Below, piece by piece: positions 48,453-61,458 of a stretch of 64,000 nucleotides of DNA. A program made the translations under genes and the position numbers. How positions within the stretch are numbered: the first letter of the stretch is position 1; each line of letters begins with the position of its first letter. Origin of the DNA: Macrostomum lignano (taxonomy: Eukaryota); assembly GCA_002269645.1 (NCBI GenBank), contig NIVC01001384.1, positions 1-64,000 on the forward strand, given 5' to 3'. The notes under the pieces were generated by a model. The model was given only the letters and a program-made list of their open reading frames with translations, was not told the DNA's origin and did no database searches.

Positions 48453-51451
48453 ATGTTTCTCTTCATCCGCGACAACCATTGCCGTTTCGACGAGTTCAAC
48501 TTGACTCGCCTGCTGCACGACGACGACTACCAGGACCTGGAGCGTCGGATGCTGGCCTGCATCTGCCCCATTAGCTTGCTGGCTCTGTGCGCCAACGCTC
48601 TGAGCCTGTTTGTGTTCCTGCGGCAGCGCTGGGACAACCGGGCCATCCGCCTCGTGCTGGTCAGCGTCTCCGTCTGGGAGGTGATGCTCCAGTCTGCCAT
48701 CCTGCTGGAGGCCGTGCTGGTGTTCAGCGGAGTCAAGCACAGCCATAGTCCAGCCAGCTATGCGATCACCTCGCTGCTGCAGGTGCGTCTTGAGCACTGT
48801 GTACTCAACTAACTAATCATTAGCTGGGAGTGAGTTTGTGCACTACTTGAGTTCATGATTGGGTTTATTAGTGAGTTCATGAGTGAGTTCATGATTGAGT
48901 TCATGAGTGGGTTCATGAGTGAGTTCATGATTGAGTTTATGAGTGAGTTCATGAGTGAGTTCAAAAGTAAGTTCATAAGTGAGTTCATGAGTGAGTTCAT
49001 GATTGAGTTCATGAGTGAGTTCATGATTGAGTTCATGAGTGAGTTCATGATTGAGTTCATGAGTGAGTTCATGATCGAGTTCATGAGTGAGTCCATGGGT
49101 GATTTCATGAGCGAGTTCATGATTGAGTTCATGAGTGAGTTCATGGGTGAGTTCAAAAGTAAGTTCATAAGTGAGTTCATGAGTGAGTTCATGATTGAGT
49201 TCATGAGTGAGTCCATGGGTGAGTTCATGAGTGAGTTCATGAGTGAGTTCATGAGTGAGTTCATGAGTGAGTTCATGAGTGAGTTCATGATTGAGTTCAT
49301 AACTAAGTTCATGAGGGAGTTCATGAGTGAGTTCATAGCTGAGTACATCAGCTCGCTCTCATCGCCGCTGCCCCGCCCGCAGGTGTGCATCAACGCAGCC
49401 ACGGCGGTCCGCAACTGGAACATGGTGTGCTGAGCCTGTCCCGCTGCGAGCTGGTCTGGTACCCGATCCCGTCCCGCGGCCAGCAGCTCATCTTCACCAT
49501 GCGCCGGCTCAAGCTGCTTCTGGGCCTCATCGTGGCAGCCGGCCTCGTCCTCGGCTGCCTTGCCCGCCTCGAATACATCGGCGTGGTCTGCGAGAACATC
49601 AGCGACCCAGAGATGGGCTCCGTGGTGATGCGCCCTCTGCTCAGCGGAGTTCAGCTGCACCAGCCGCCGCCTCCGTCGCCGTCCGCGCCGCCCGCGGTCC
49701 TGAGCGGCGATTCCAACCTGTCTGGCGGCAATTTCAGCCAGCAGTCTCTGCTGCTAGAAGCGGCAACAGCTGAGCCGATCGGCGCCCCCGGCCTGCCGTC
49801 CATCGCCTTTTACACCTTCCAGTCGCTGCTGCCGCCGCTAATCATCCCCTTCCCCACCGTGCTGATGCTGCTGAAGCTTCGGCGAGCCCGGCAGGTGACC
49901 AGAATCCTGCAACTGTCGAGGAGCTCCAATTTTCAACTGCCCGGCTCGAGGGCCGACCTGCGGCTGCTGATGCGGAGAGGGACTTCCGAGCAGCAGCCCC
50001 AGCAGCCAGCCAGGTAAGAGATTGCCCTGCTGACTTTCACGGTTTCTGAGTTACCGCAGACTCAAATCCCAGAAGACTCAAATTCCAGTAGACTCAAATC
50101 CCAGTAGACTCGAATCCCAGTAGACTCAAATCCCAGTAGACTCAGATCCCAGTAGACTCAAATTCCAGTAGACTCAAATTCCAGTAGACTCAAATTCCAG
50201 TAGACTCAAAATCCCAGTAGACTCAAATCCCAGTAGACTCAAATCCCAGTAGACTCGAATCCCAGTAGACTTGAATCCCAGTAGACTCAAATCTCATGCA
50301 GTAGACTCAAATCCCAGAAGACACAAATCCCAGTAGACGCAATTCCAAGTAGATTGAAATCCCATGCAGTAGACTCAATTCCCAGTAGACTCAAATCCCA
50401 GTAGACTCAATTCCCAGTAGATTCAAATTCCATGCAGTAGACTCAAATCCCAGTAGACTCAAATCTCATGCAGTAGACTCAAATCCCAGTAGACTCAAAT
50501 CTCATGCAGTAGACTCAAATCCCAGTAGACTCAAATCCCAGTAGACTCAAATCTCATGCAGTAGACTCAAATCCCAGTAGACTCAAATCCCTTAGATCCC
50601 GACTCGAAAAGGATTCGATTCCATGAAATATCTCATGAGCTCGCATCCTCAACTGGCAGATCTCACTCGCTGCGCAGTCAGCAGCAGCAGCCCACCGAGA
50701 GGCTCTCGTCGTCGCAGTCGAGCTCGTACGCGGCGCAGCAATATCGAACCTCCGTGTTGGTGCTGGCCCTGGTGTTAATATTCTGCCTGCTCGAGTCGCC
50801 AACCTTTCTGAGCACGCTGTCTCACTACCTGCTGCCCAAGCTTGACCTGCTGGGCCACAATACCATCTTCATTGTCAACATCCTGACCGTGATGGACTCG
50901 CTGCTCAACTTCTTTGTTTACGCCGCCGCGAGCTCAACATTCCGTCAGGTTTGTTAGCTGCCGACGTTCCAGATCCCAAAGTCCCGAATCCCTAAGTCCC
51001 AAATCCCAAAGTCCCGAATCCCAAAGTCCCAAATCCCAAAGTCCCGAATCCCTAAGTCCCAAATCCCAAAGTTCTTAGACCCTAGCCGCTAGGCCAGACC
51101 CTATTTAAACCTCCAACCCCGGTGCCTCCTCCCAAGGAGACCAAGAAGGCTCTGCTGTGCCGGCCGTCCCCGCCGCCGGCGCACTTCATCCTGCGTACGC
51201 CGAAGAACTCAACCGTAACGCCGCCCAACATGGCCGGCCTGCAGTTGAACAGCTGCTCCGCCGCGAACGCCGCCGCCGCCGCCGCGGCTGCCACCAACGT
51301 CCGCCGACGCTCGCTGTTGCACCCGCCGCCGCCATCGCCGTCCATCTCGGCTGCCTCATCGTCGGCGCATTCGATGCAGCAACAGCAGCCGCAGCAGCAG
51401 CAGCAGCCGCAGACTAGCGTCAGCTGGAATGCCTGCATAGTAATCGTGTAG
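48453..51451 (+). CDS. Rhodopsin-class (class A) GPCR, peptide-receptor-like (FMRFamide-receptor-related / flatworm-type)
   Basis: Exons 48453-48782, 49383-50013 (needs +1 nt near 49427), 50660-50948 and 51098-51451, with GT-AG boundaries and matching phases. TM1 LCANALSLFVF, TM3 RNWNMV..LSLSRCELV, TM6 IFCLLESP, TM7 DSLLNFFVY, helix 8 FRQTLF; AATAAA at 51508. Confidence 0.85.
48850..49335. repeat. Minisatellite, 12 bp unit (GAGTTCATGAGT) in GPCR intron 1
   Basis: Direct tandem copies. Confidence 0.95.
50060..50590. repeat. Minisatellite (CCCAGTAGACTCAAAT core) in GPCR intron 2
   Basis: Direct tandem copies. Confidence 0.95.
50970..51070. repeat. Short tandem repeat (CCCAAAGTCCCGAAT) in GPCR intron 3
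   Basis: Direct tandem copies. Confidence 0.9.
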
Positions 51452-52009
51452 AACTCGCCCAGCAACTGTTGCAGATGAGGCTCCGTGTGAAACATTAAAA
51501 AAGTGTAAATAAAACCTGCTAAGACTCGGTTAAAAATGAATATGAAAGCTCTGATTGTTGTCTCTGGTTTGTTTGTGCATGCCGCTTTAAATTAACCAGC
51601 TGTTGTCGTGTGCTCCCATTCGCTGTTTTTTTGAAGCTTTTCGATTTAAGAATTTATTAGATCAGTGTATAAAAATATGTTTTAGCAAGGATTTTTTGTT
51701 GGATTATTTTATTAAGTAAATATGCACTACTTATTACTGTTACGTTCGTACTATCAGTAGTTGCCTCAGAGAATTGCACCTTGTAAAAAATTTCTAACTA
51801 GTCAGCAAGCGGCTTTTACTATGCAAAATTAAAATATATTTTATTTTGAAATTAGTGACTGATTATGAGCTGTATCCACCTTCCGGACAATAAATTTGTA
51901 ATAGCATTTGTCACTGTTTTTTGTAAGTGACCCGAGTTTCTTGGTAAGCCATGCGCATTCACCGAAGATTCACGCAAGCCCATTCACACATGCCCATGAT
52001 TCTTGGAAA

Positions 52010-52795
52010 TTCATTCACATTCACCAGTTTCCGAGAAACGAATTCACATTTGCTCATGATTCCAGGAAACGCATTCACATTCACCCAATATTCTAGGAAA
52101 CCCATTCACATTCGCCCAGAGTACTAGGAAACCCATTCACGTTCGCCCACGATTCTAGGGAACATATGCATTCCCATTCAACTCAAGATTCTAGGAAACC
52201 CATTAACATTCACTCAAGATTCTAGGAAACCCATTCACATTCACTCAAGATTCTAGAAAACCCATTCACATTCACTTAAGATTCTAGAAAACCCATTCAC
52301 ATTCACTCAAGATTCTAGGAAACCCAATCACATTCACTCAAGATTCTAGGAAACCCATTCACATTCACTCAAGATTCTAGGAAACCCAATCACATTCACT
52401 CAAGATTCTAGGAAGCTCATGCACATTCACTCAAGATTCTAGGAAGTCCATGCATTCACATTTACCCAATATTCTAGGAAACCCATTCACATTCACTCAA
52501 GATTCTAGAAAACCCATTCACATTCACTCAATATTCTAGGAAACCCATTCACATTCACTCAAGATTCTAGGAAACCCATTCACACTCACTCAAGATTCTA
52601 GGAAACCCATTCACATTCTCTCAAGATTCTAGGAAGCTCATGCACATTCACTCAAGATTCTAGGAAGTCCATGCATTCACATTTACCCAATATTCTAGGA
52701 AACCCATTCACATTCACTCAAGATTCTAGGAAGCCCATTCAAATTCACCCAATATTCTAGGAAACCCATTCAGTTTCGCCCACGATTCTAGGAAA
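52010..52795. repeat. Minisatellite, ~31-33 bp unit (TTCTAGGAAACCCATTCACATTCACTCAAGA)
   Basis: Direct tandem copies. Confidence 0.95.
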
Positions 52796-53711
52796 CCTAC
52801 GTTAGTCAAGAGCTCTGGCCATGCTATCTTTAATCTCCGGCTGGGTCTCATGCCATCACATTTTCATCTGTGATGTCTTTCCCCATGCTAGGCAGCTGTG
52901 CTCAATCTAGAGCTGCTTACACCAGCATTGAGCTGGCTCACTCTTGCGGAATGAAAAGTGAAGCAAAGCGACACAATAGCAGAACATTTCCCAGGCTATA
53001 ATAAGTCAGCTCAGAACAGAACTTTTTAGGAGAGGACGAAAGTTCAAGTGCCCGACTGCAGTGTCAGCAGCAGCACCAGCGGCTGTTTCCCTTCCTCTCT
53101 CCTGTTGTTCTCAGCTCTGAGCCACCGCTACCGCCATATCAGCCAGTGCTTCCCCATTCACCCCTGGGCTATGTACACTGCGCCGGGCTGCTCAAACATT
53201 CAAACACTGTGCATGAGCACGCTTCCCCAGAGCCATAAGCTGAGAGCCAAGTGTGTGTTTGTAGAATAGAAAAGCAGTTTTTATATTCATACGCTCGTAA
53301 ATTGAGCTATGAGAATGATTGTCCTACGTGGATCGATTATGAATGCATGGCCGATGTCGCAACCCAAAGCCAGTTAGAATCGCATAGGGAAACTGTCAAC
53401 AAATCAAAAGCATGCTCATCATTTTACAAGCTATAGTCGGTGCATAAATTAGGATTTCAGACGGGCACAGATTAGTTCCCAATTCAAGAATCCATAAGTC
53501 CCTGGTAGAGTTTTGGGCTGAAGAAGACAGTGGGCGCACGTGCGAGTGCAGTGGATTGGCTGTTCTAAAAATAGCTCTTCAAGACGGGTTGGCCCCTGCC
53601 CAGAAAAGCGGCTTGCAGAGAGCTGAGCTGCTGGAAAGGCGTGACGGGCAGACAGACTGACAGACTTAGAGCTGACGATTTGCGATTTGCGCTGACAGAT
53701 TCAAAGCCGAC

Positions 53712-56700
53712 ATGCTGGGCCAGCAGCGAAGGCAGCAGCGGTCGGGAGCGATCTCGCTGCCCGCCGCCAGTTCGCAGACTCGCTTTCAACGCTTCATCCG
53801 GCGATTCTACGCTGCTCCGGGCAGCTTGATTGGGCAGGTGCGACGCAAATCCATGGCGGTGCTCAGCCCGCAGACTGCCGCGGCTGCAGCGGCTGCCGCC
53901 GCTGCTACAACGACTTCGGCCACATCGCCGAATTCAACAGCGGCTGGAGCTGGTGACACCTGCGGCAGCCAGGCGGATCTGGCCAGCATGATGCTGATGA
54001 AGCGGCCGCAGCCGGCCAGCCTGCAGTCTCTGCTGAGGAAAACTCGATTTACCAGCGTCGAGCTCAAAGTCATTTATCGACGCTTCAAGACAGAGTGTCC
54101 TTACGGTAGGGCTGGGGCGGAGCTTTTACCTGGATCTGCTCTATTTTGTTTTGCTTGAGCAATGTCACCCCAAAGAGATTGACGTGGCGGCTTATCAAAG
54201 AGATTTGGGTGGCGGTTCATCAAAGAGATTGGGGTGGCGGCTCATCAAAGAGATTGGGGTGGCGGCAGCTTATCAAAGAGTGGGTTGGTGGCTCATCAAA
54301 GAGATTGGAGAGGTGGCTTATCAAAAGAGATTAGGGTGGCGGTTCATCAAAGAGATTAGCGTGGCGGCTTATCAAAGAGATTTGGGTGGCGGTTCATCAA
54401 AGAGATTGGCATGGCGGCTCATCAAAGAGATTGGAGTGGCGGCAGCTTATCAAAGAGTGGGTTGGCGGATCATCAAAGAGATTGGGGTGGCGGCGGCTCA
54501 TAAAAGGCCCTGTGCAACAATGGCAGCTAATGAGGAAATCAGTATTGAAATTTTTTGGCAGTAAAGTCAAGGCCTTGTAGTTGACGGCAATTGGCAAGCT
54601 ATAAGTAGTTAATCAAGCAAAAAAGGCTTTGAATTGAAGATCTATTATCGGGTCATTTTGTCATAAAAAGTGGCATAAATTGCAGCGCAAAGATAGAACA
54701 CTTAACTTAATCAGCGAATATCACTGGAGAACCGGAGTTTAATATTAATAGTGCAAATCGTCAGTGTAATAAAGCTGGCAGTAAAAGTCTGCTGGCTTTT
54801 GGCTATGAATTATGCATGTATTGCCGCATTTTTATGCCTCTTGCCTCGCCAGCCGTGGCTCTAGTGGCATAGAATGGCCCTTGCCAGGGAGCTAGTGAAA
54901 ATCTCCAATGCCATGCACCAGGAGACTCACAAAGCATTGAGCTGATCAAGAGAATGAAACAGATAATGGAAAACAAAAAATGGTAATGAATGCGTTAGAA
55001 TTAACTTGCATGGTGAGACAGAAGTCTTCCTACCTCAGGCCTGCACTGCAGCAGCACTATATTGACATTCTTGCATTATTGAAGGCAGTCATTCTCTCCC
55101 CTAACCAGTGTTCCACTCTGTCTAACCATGTACAGTTGCTCCACACCAGTAGCGCAACCAGAAAATTTTTTAGGGGGGGGGGGATTCTGGAGAGTAAAGA
55201 CCCAAGGGGGCGGAGGGGGTGGCTCTGTATTTTGGCAAAAATTCGCTTGGTCCCCCCTTTGATTTTTTCAGGTCTCCGCCTAAGGGGGGGAGTCAGTGCT
55301 CCACACACCCCTTGCTTTTTCTTGCTTTCCACTAAAATGTACATTTCCTGCACGCCAATTAAGTTCCCCCCTCTCTCTCTCTCCACTGAATGTACATTTC
55401 CTGCACGCCAATTAAGTTCCCCCCCTCTCTCTCTCCACTGAATGTACATTTCCTGCACGCCAATTAAGTTCCCCCCTCTCTCTCTCTCTCCACTGAATGT
55501 ACATTTACTGCACGCCAATCAAGTTCCCCCCTCTCTCTCTCTCCACTGAATGTACATTTCCTGCACGCCAATTAAGTTCCCCCCCTCTCTCTCTCCACTG
55601 AATGTACATTTACTGCACGCCAATCAAGTTCCCCCTCTCTCTCTTCACAGGATGTACATTTACTGCAGCACGCCAAACAAGTACCTCGCTCTCCCACTGC
55701 ATACCAGCATACATACCCTTCCTTATGCCTAATGAATCAAAACTTACTCCATGCCGCTTTGCTTCCTTATCGACTCAAGTTCTCGAAATTCCCAGCCAGT
55801 CTGTTGCCCTTCACAAGTGCACTGAAGTAGCTGCTTAGTCTATAGCCCAATCAAGCCAAATCAATCTTCTGAAGCATTATCAATGCTATTGACGCAGAAG
55901 TCTTTGCATAGTTGGCGAGATTTTCTTAAGAAAACTGCAGCTCTCTCAGCATTAGCAGCACTCAGACAATCGATGACGCTGAGAAGCTACTTTAGCTACT
56001 GCTGTCAAGATCTCTACAACATAGGATAGGAGAAAGCCGTCAATCGATTGAGGGTCTCACATGGAGCAGAATTGCTCAAGAGTCCAGTCTACGTATCGAT
56101 GAATGGTTGCTGGATTAGTAAAAGGGGCCCAGCAACTCACTAAAACCCAGCTTTTAAACCTGCTGCTTGCTGCTCCGCAGAAATAAGCACTATTCCTTAG
56201 CCGTCTTAAGTCTTTCTTGACTATCCACGCAGTCAGAGCTCTGAGCGAAAGCGCCCTCTCTGCCCTCCGGCTCAACGAAAAAGAAGAGAGTTGCCATCGC
56301 CCCAGCCCACTTGTTCAGGGCTTTTCTCTCAATTAACATTCCCAGGGCACTTCATTGCCTGCTGAGACCTTCAGAACTGCGCTTCCGGGATTCTTAGGCC
56401 AGGCGTGGTGTAGCGTTGTGCATACCTGACCCAGCGGGGCCACTTCTGTATTATTCATGTCCTGGGCTTGGGATCCGAAAGGCCCCCTCAACTATTGCAC
56501 CGAATTGCTATCTCGGTGGCTTGCCCAGCTGGAGAGATACCTGCCGGTGCTTTTGGCTCTTTACCTTCAGTAGAATGCTGACATTGGGCAGTGAAGCAGT
56601 ACAAGCTAACATTCCGCAAATCCACTGGCTTTGCAGTAACCTGCTGCGTTTTGTACTTTAATAATGAGCCTAATGCATGGAATGCTTCAGCCTTGAACAT

Positions 56701-57866
56701 GGAACTCTTCTTGTCTGTTCTGATCTGTTCTGCTTCTGCTTCTGCTTCTGCTTCTGCTTCTGTTTCTGCTTCTGTTTCTGTTTCTGCTTCTGTTTCTGCT
56801 TCTGTTTCTGTTTCTGCTTCTGCTTCTGTTTCTGTTTCTGTTTCTGTTTCTGTTTCTGTTTCTGTTTCTGTTTCTGTTTCTGCTTCTGTTTCTGTTTCTG
56901 TTTCTGTTTCTATTTCTGCTTCTGCTTCTGCTTCTGTTTCTGTTTCTGTTTTTGTTTCTGCTTCTGTTTCTGTTTCTGTTTCTGTTTCTATTTCTGTTTC
57001 TGCTTCTGTTTCTGTTTCTGTTTCTGCTTCTGCTTCTGTTTCTGTTTCTGTTTCTGTTTCTATTTCTGTTTCTGTTTCTGCTTCTGCTTCTGCTTCTGTT
57101 TCTGTTTCTGTTTCTGTTTCTGTTTCTGCTTCTGTTTCTGCTTCTGTTTCTGTTTCTGCTTCTGTTTCTGTTTCTGTTTCTGTTTCTGCTTCTGCTTCTG
57201 TTTCTGTTTCTGCTTCTGTTTCTGTTTCTGTTCTGTTCTGTTCTGTTCTGTTCTGTTCTGTTCTGTTCTGTTCTGTTCTGTTCTGTTCTGTTCTGTTCTG
57301 TTCTGTTCTGTTCTGTTCTGTTCTGTTCTGTTCTGTTCTGTTCTGTTCTGTTCTGTCTCTGTTCTGTCTCTGTTCCGAGTGCCCACCCGAACCCCGGCCT
57401 GAATCCCGCAGGCGTCATGCACGAGGAGATCCTGGAGCACATTCTAGCCCAGATCTTCCCGCTGGGCAACGCGCACCTGTTCTCCCATTTCGTCTTCTGC
57501 TGCTTCGACGTGAACCGGACCGGCTCGGTAAACTTTGAGCAGTTCGTGCTCTGCCTGAACATCCTGCTGAAGGGCAGCCGGGAGGAGCGGCTGCGCTGGA
57601 TCTTCAACATGTACGACATCAACAGGGACGGCGAGATCAACCGGCGCGAGCTGCAGGAGCTTGTCGGCGCCGTTTTCGAACTGCTCGGCGCCCGAGTGCG
57701 ACCGGCTGTGTCTCCCGGCGACATCGAACGTCATACTGGCGAAGTTTTCTGTCGACTGGACACCGACGGCGACGGAGTGATCAGCTGGGAGGACTTCCGG
57801 GCTCACTTCCGCCGGAACCCGCAGCTGGCAGCCGAAATGGACGCCCTGCTCACCCCTATTGCTTAA
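53712..57866 (+). CDS. Kv channel-interacting protein (KChIP/calsenilin)-like neuronal calcium sensor, ~282 aa
   Basis: Exon 53712-54105 ends [22 protein letters not shown]|gtaggg. Exon 57412-57866 (cccgcag|) encodes [53 protein letters not shown], collinear with KChIP/NCS-1 family proteins. AATAAA at 57959. The start codon is uncertain. Confidence 0.9.
54170..54500. repeat. Minisatellite (ATCAAAGAGATTGGGGTGGCGGCT core) in the KChIP-like intron
   Basis: About 10 degenerate tandem copies. Confidence 0.9.
55340..55650. repeat. Tandem repeat, ~51-55 bp unit (TGTACATTTCCTGCACGCCAATTAAGTTCCCCC...CCACTGAA)
   Basis: 5-6 tandem copies with a variable (CT)n. Confidence 0.9.
56725..57362. repeat. Compound microsatellite (TTTCTG/CTTCTG)n followed by (TTCTG)n
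   Basis: Directly visible; ends about 50 bp before the exon 2 acceptor. Confidence 0.98.
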
Positions 57867-58219
57867 ATTGGAGGAGCTCAGGAGGCTTCGGTTGCATTGC
57901 AACTCAAGTAGAAGGGCGCTGCACCAAATATCTTAGCAAGTCCCCGACAAGTTTCTTGAATAAAAGTTACTGAAGGTATATTATAGGGGAGCGGAAATGC
58001 TTAAAATGCAATTGTGCTCTCTAAGTGGAGTGTGCATACGAGTACGATAGAAAAACTTGTGAGCGTTCCTCGCTCCAGAAGGTGAGACATATTGTGACTT
58101 TTAATGAGATTTAAGATTTGCACGATCTGCGGTGTAAGCTTGCCATGGACAGCTGAAGCAGAAGGTCCCTGGACTCGCAATTCGTGCAAATCTTACTGGA
58201 GGCCCCCAGGTATTCGCTG

Positions 58220-58560
58220 CTCTCTGTATCTCCCTCTCCGTATCTCCCTCTCCGTATCTCAATCTCCGTACGTATCTCACTCTCTGTATCTCCCTCTCTG
58301 TATCTCCCTCTCTGTATCTCCCTCTCTGTATCTCCCTCTCTGTATCTCCTTCTCTGTACCTCCCTCTCTGTATCTCCCTCTCTGTATCTCCCTCTCTGTA
58401 TCTCCCTCTCAGTATCTCCCTCTCTGTATCTCCCTCTCCGTATCTCCCTCTCTGCGTATCTCCCACTCTGTATCTCCCTCTCTGTATCTCCCTCTCTGTA
58501 TCTCCCTCTCAGTATCTCCCTCTCAGTATCTCCCACTCTCAGTATCTCCCTCTCCGATCT
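58220..58560. repeat. Minisatellite, 14 bp unit (TATCTCCCTCTCTG)
   Basis: Same family as 61565-62125. Confidence 0.95.
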
Positions 58561-58940
58561 CCCTTTCATTCTCTTCAAGCAAAGTCGCAACAACTGACTG
58601 TCTGAACTTCTGAATTAAAATAAAGCAAGTCTGAACGGGATTTGCCATTGACAAGTTCCGTCGAGAAAAATCCCATTTAGTAAATGCTCATCAAAATCAA
58701 TCCCCAGAAAATTGGCTGACAATCCTTCTCTCAGGACAGCTGCAATTTGATTGGCTGATTCCCACCCCCAGAGTCCCCTTATCGCCCTTGCCTATTCCAA
58801 ATGAAATGTACAATTGTACATTCACTTTGTGTTACTAAAAATAGCTCCCCCTCTCAGAACTGCAATATGATTGGCTGATGCACATCGTTAAGCCAAGATA
58901 ACATCGACCTCCTCTGCTCTCAAACTTTAACGGGAAATGA

Positions 58941-61010
58941 TGTAACCACGCTCTGGTCGCGGGATAGGGCATGAGAACTTTTTCGAAAGTGCCTCCTATC
59001 CCGTGCACCCCCTGCACAGAGCTGTCGAGACTCGGCCAGGTCTCCGACCAGGCCTGGAGACTCCCGCTCTGCTGCACCCCTCCTGCTGCCTTGGTTCCGT
59101 CTCCCCTGCCGCCACACCTGCCTTTCCGGAGCTCCCTACCCCTTTCTGCACCCCCCCCTCTACCCTATCTCTTCTGTTTTCCGCCCTATTCCTCCTGTAC
59201 TTTCCCTATCCCCCCTCTTTTTGTCTCCCTCTGCACTCTTTTCCTGCGCTGTCCCCTCTTTCTCTGTGTCTACTTACAGTATGTTGTGTGCTCACCGTCT
59301 CCCCATCCCCTCTCAAACTCCCAAACGGTGACGCAAGTCGTGTGACCCCTTCTCCCCCTCGGTGACTCATCGATGACTCATCCCCCTCTCTTGCGCAACC
59401 TTTTCTCACGCCATTGTTCTCCTCCCCAAATTTCTCATGCGACACCCACCCCACCTCCGCTTCTATTGTTCTCGTTTTTGATTCTTTTGTTCTCTCGACC
59501 CCCACCAATTATCACATTTCCTCCGATTTTCTCTTTCTTTTGTTCTCGTTTTCGCACCTAATTATCACCTTTTCCCCAATGTTTACTTTTCCATTGTTCT
59601 CAGTTTTCCCCAATTATCCCCGATTTCCAATTCCTTTGTTCTCGACCCCAGCCCTATTGTTCTCAATGTTTGCTTGCGCAACACTTTCGCGACCACCCGC
59701 TGCGCCAATTATCCCCCACCCCACCTCCGGATTGCGCAATTTCCGATTTCTCATGTTGCTATGCCGGTCTCATGCTTCTCATCATGACTCATTCTGACGT
59801 CATTCTGCCGGCAGCCAATCAGAGAGAGGGAGCCATGGTAACGACCTTGAGGAGGCGGCTGGGAGGTCTATAAAAGGAAGCGATTTCGGCATGAGAATAC
59901 TCAACTGAGTTTATCTCTGTTCCTCTCCTCGTCCTTCTTTGGACTTGCTGTCAGACTGAGTTCTGACCCATTCGTCTATAAGACGAATCCCTGCCGGTCC
60001 GCGGTCTGTTACCGCCAAGTTATCCTTAGCTCCCCAAGTGAGCTCGCCTATCGGCCAGCGGTCTGAAACCGCCCAGCATCATCAGCATCGCCTGATCTAC
60101 ATCAGCGCCTCGTCGCTCCAGCGCATCGCCGCTTCACCGTCTGCTTGACTGCAGCCTACAGCCGCCCTCGGTCACTCCGCCTCTCTCTCTCTCTCTGTGC
60201 AGCTGCCGGTAAGTTCCTGCTACTAATTTGTGCTCTAATTGCCTTTGCTTATCCGGGGTTTGCCTATTTTCCATTGTCTGATTAGAGAGCTGAGCCAATT
60301 GTGATACCGTACTTTTTGCTGTATTTTACTCAATAGTGAAGCCGCCTAATTGCCTGATTATTCGCCTGAGGGCCTAATTATTAACTATTAACTAACTCCA
60401 TCATTATTCACTCTTTAACCATCATTTCACTCATGGCTTGCTAAGCCTTTCTCCCGGGGTGGCAAAGCATAAGGAAGTTGGGTAAGCTAATGGCCTCTCC
60501 CCGTGCAAAGCCCGCCTGTGAGTGCGTGCTGCGGGGCCGTGTGTGCGTGCAGTAGAGGGATTAGCGAGTCTTGGCACAGAATGGCAGTAGAAAGGTTGCA
60601 ACCCCATGCTGACGCGTCCCTTCGCCCTGAGCAATCTAAACTACAGACAGTACATGTTCGCCTCATACTACTCTTAGTAATCAAAGTCGTAAGTTAGCCT
60701 CGCTCACAGCCACAAAGGATCCCCTGCTGAGAAATCCTCCAGGATTGAGCCCAGAGTTCCCGATCATGCCCCAAGCAGAGTCCCTGTACTCGGCTGCATG
60801 CGTCTCCCCTGTTAGCCTAAATCCCCTGGTAACCATCCCAGGCGGGGCTCTAGCCTCGAGAGGTCTGGTAGAAAGATCCAGGTGCGCCAGGTCACATAGA
60901 GTGGTGGCAGCCACTCGGTCATACTATTTTATTATTAACTTTTACTAAGCGCTTCTGATATTTGCTCTTATAGTGATATTACCGTCTATTCATTTCTCTC
61001 CTTTGTTACA
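58941..61010 (+). mobile_element. Possible solo LTR (Gypsy-like termini)
   Basis: Begins TGTAACCACG, ends TTGTTACA (6-bp terminal inverted repeat) and has an internal CTATAAAAGG at ~59867. The flanks ATGA and ATCT do not form a clean TSD. Confidence 0.35.
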
Positions 61011-61458
61011 ATCTATTTTTTAGAAAATTTCAATACCATATTATAAAAATAAATGTGTAAATTACATCAAGAATGTAAAATCCCACAAATCTACGAGATT
61101 TTTGTAATTTGTGAGCAACACTCCATTCACCCCGATGTGGGTATACTCAATACCACTCCCCCATTTTTAATCATCCCTCAAACATTTCCGTGTAATCAAT
61201 TATAAAACTGAAAATACTCTGCCTACACTACTGCATCTACTGAAATAAGTAGCGCTTTAGATTTATGACTTTTTAAAAAATCTCTGAAAAAATAAAAAGA
61301 AAAGTTCTAGTAACTTAGGATTTCAAATCAAGCCGTTTATGACGCCAAAGTTGAATTTGTAGCGTGAAAAATTTTATTTAATAATTAATTCGTGCTCCTT
61401 CAAAGTAGACAGATGTTGCAGAACAGGCAGCCATTGTTAACTATTGCTGACATCCTTT

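Noticed and set aside
48270-49660. Minus-strand ORFs of 175-361 aa overlapping the GPCR and arrays
   Set aside because: Antisense shadows of GC-rich exons and minisatellite translations.
56591-57724. Ser/Ala/Val, Cys/Phe and Arg/Asn repeat ORFs
   Set aside because: Microsatellite translations inside the KChIP-like intron.
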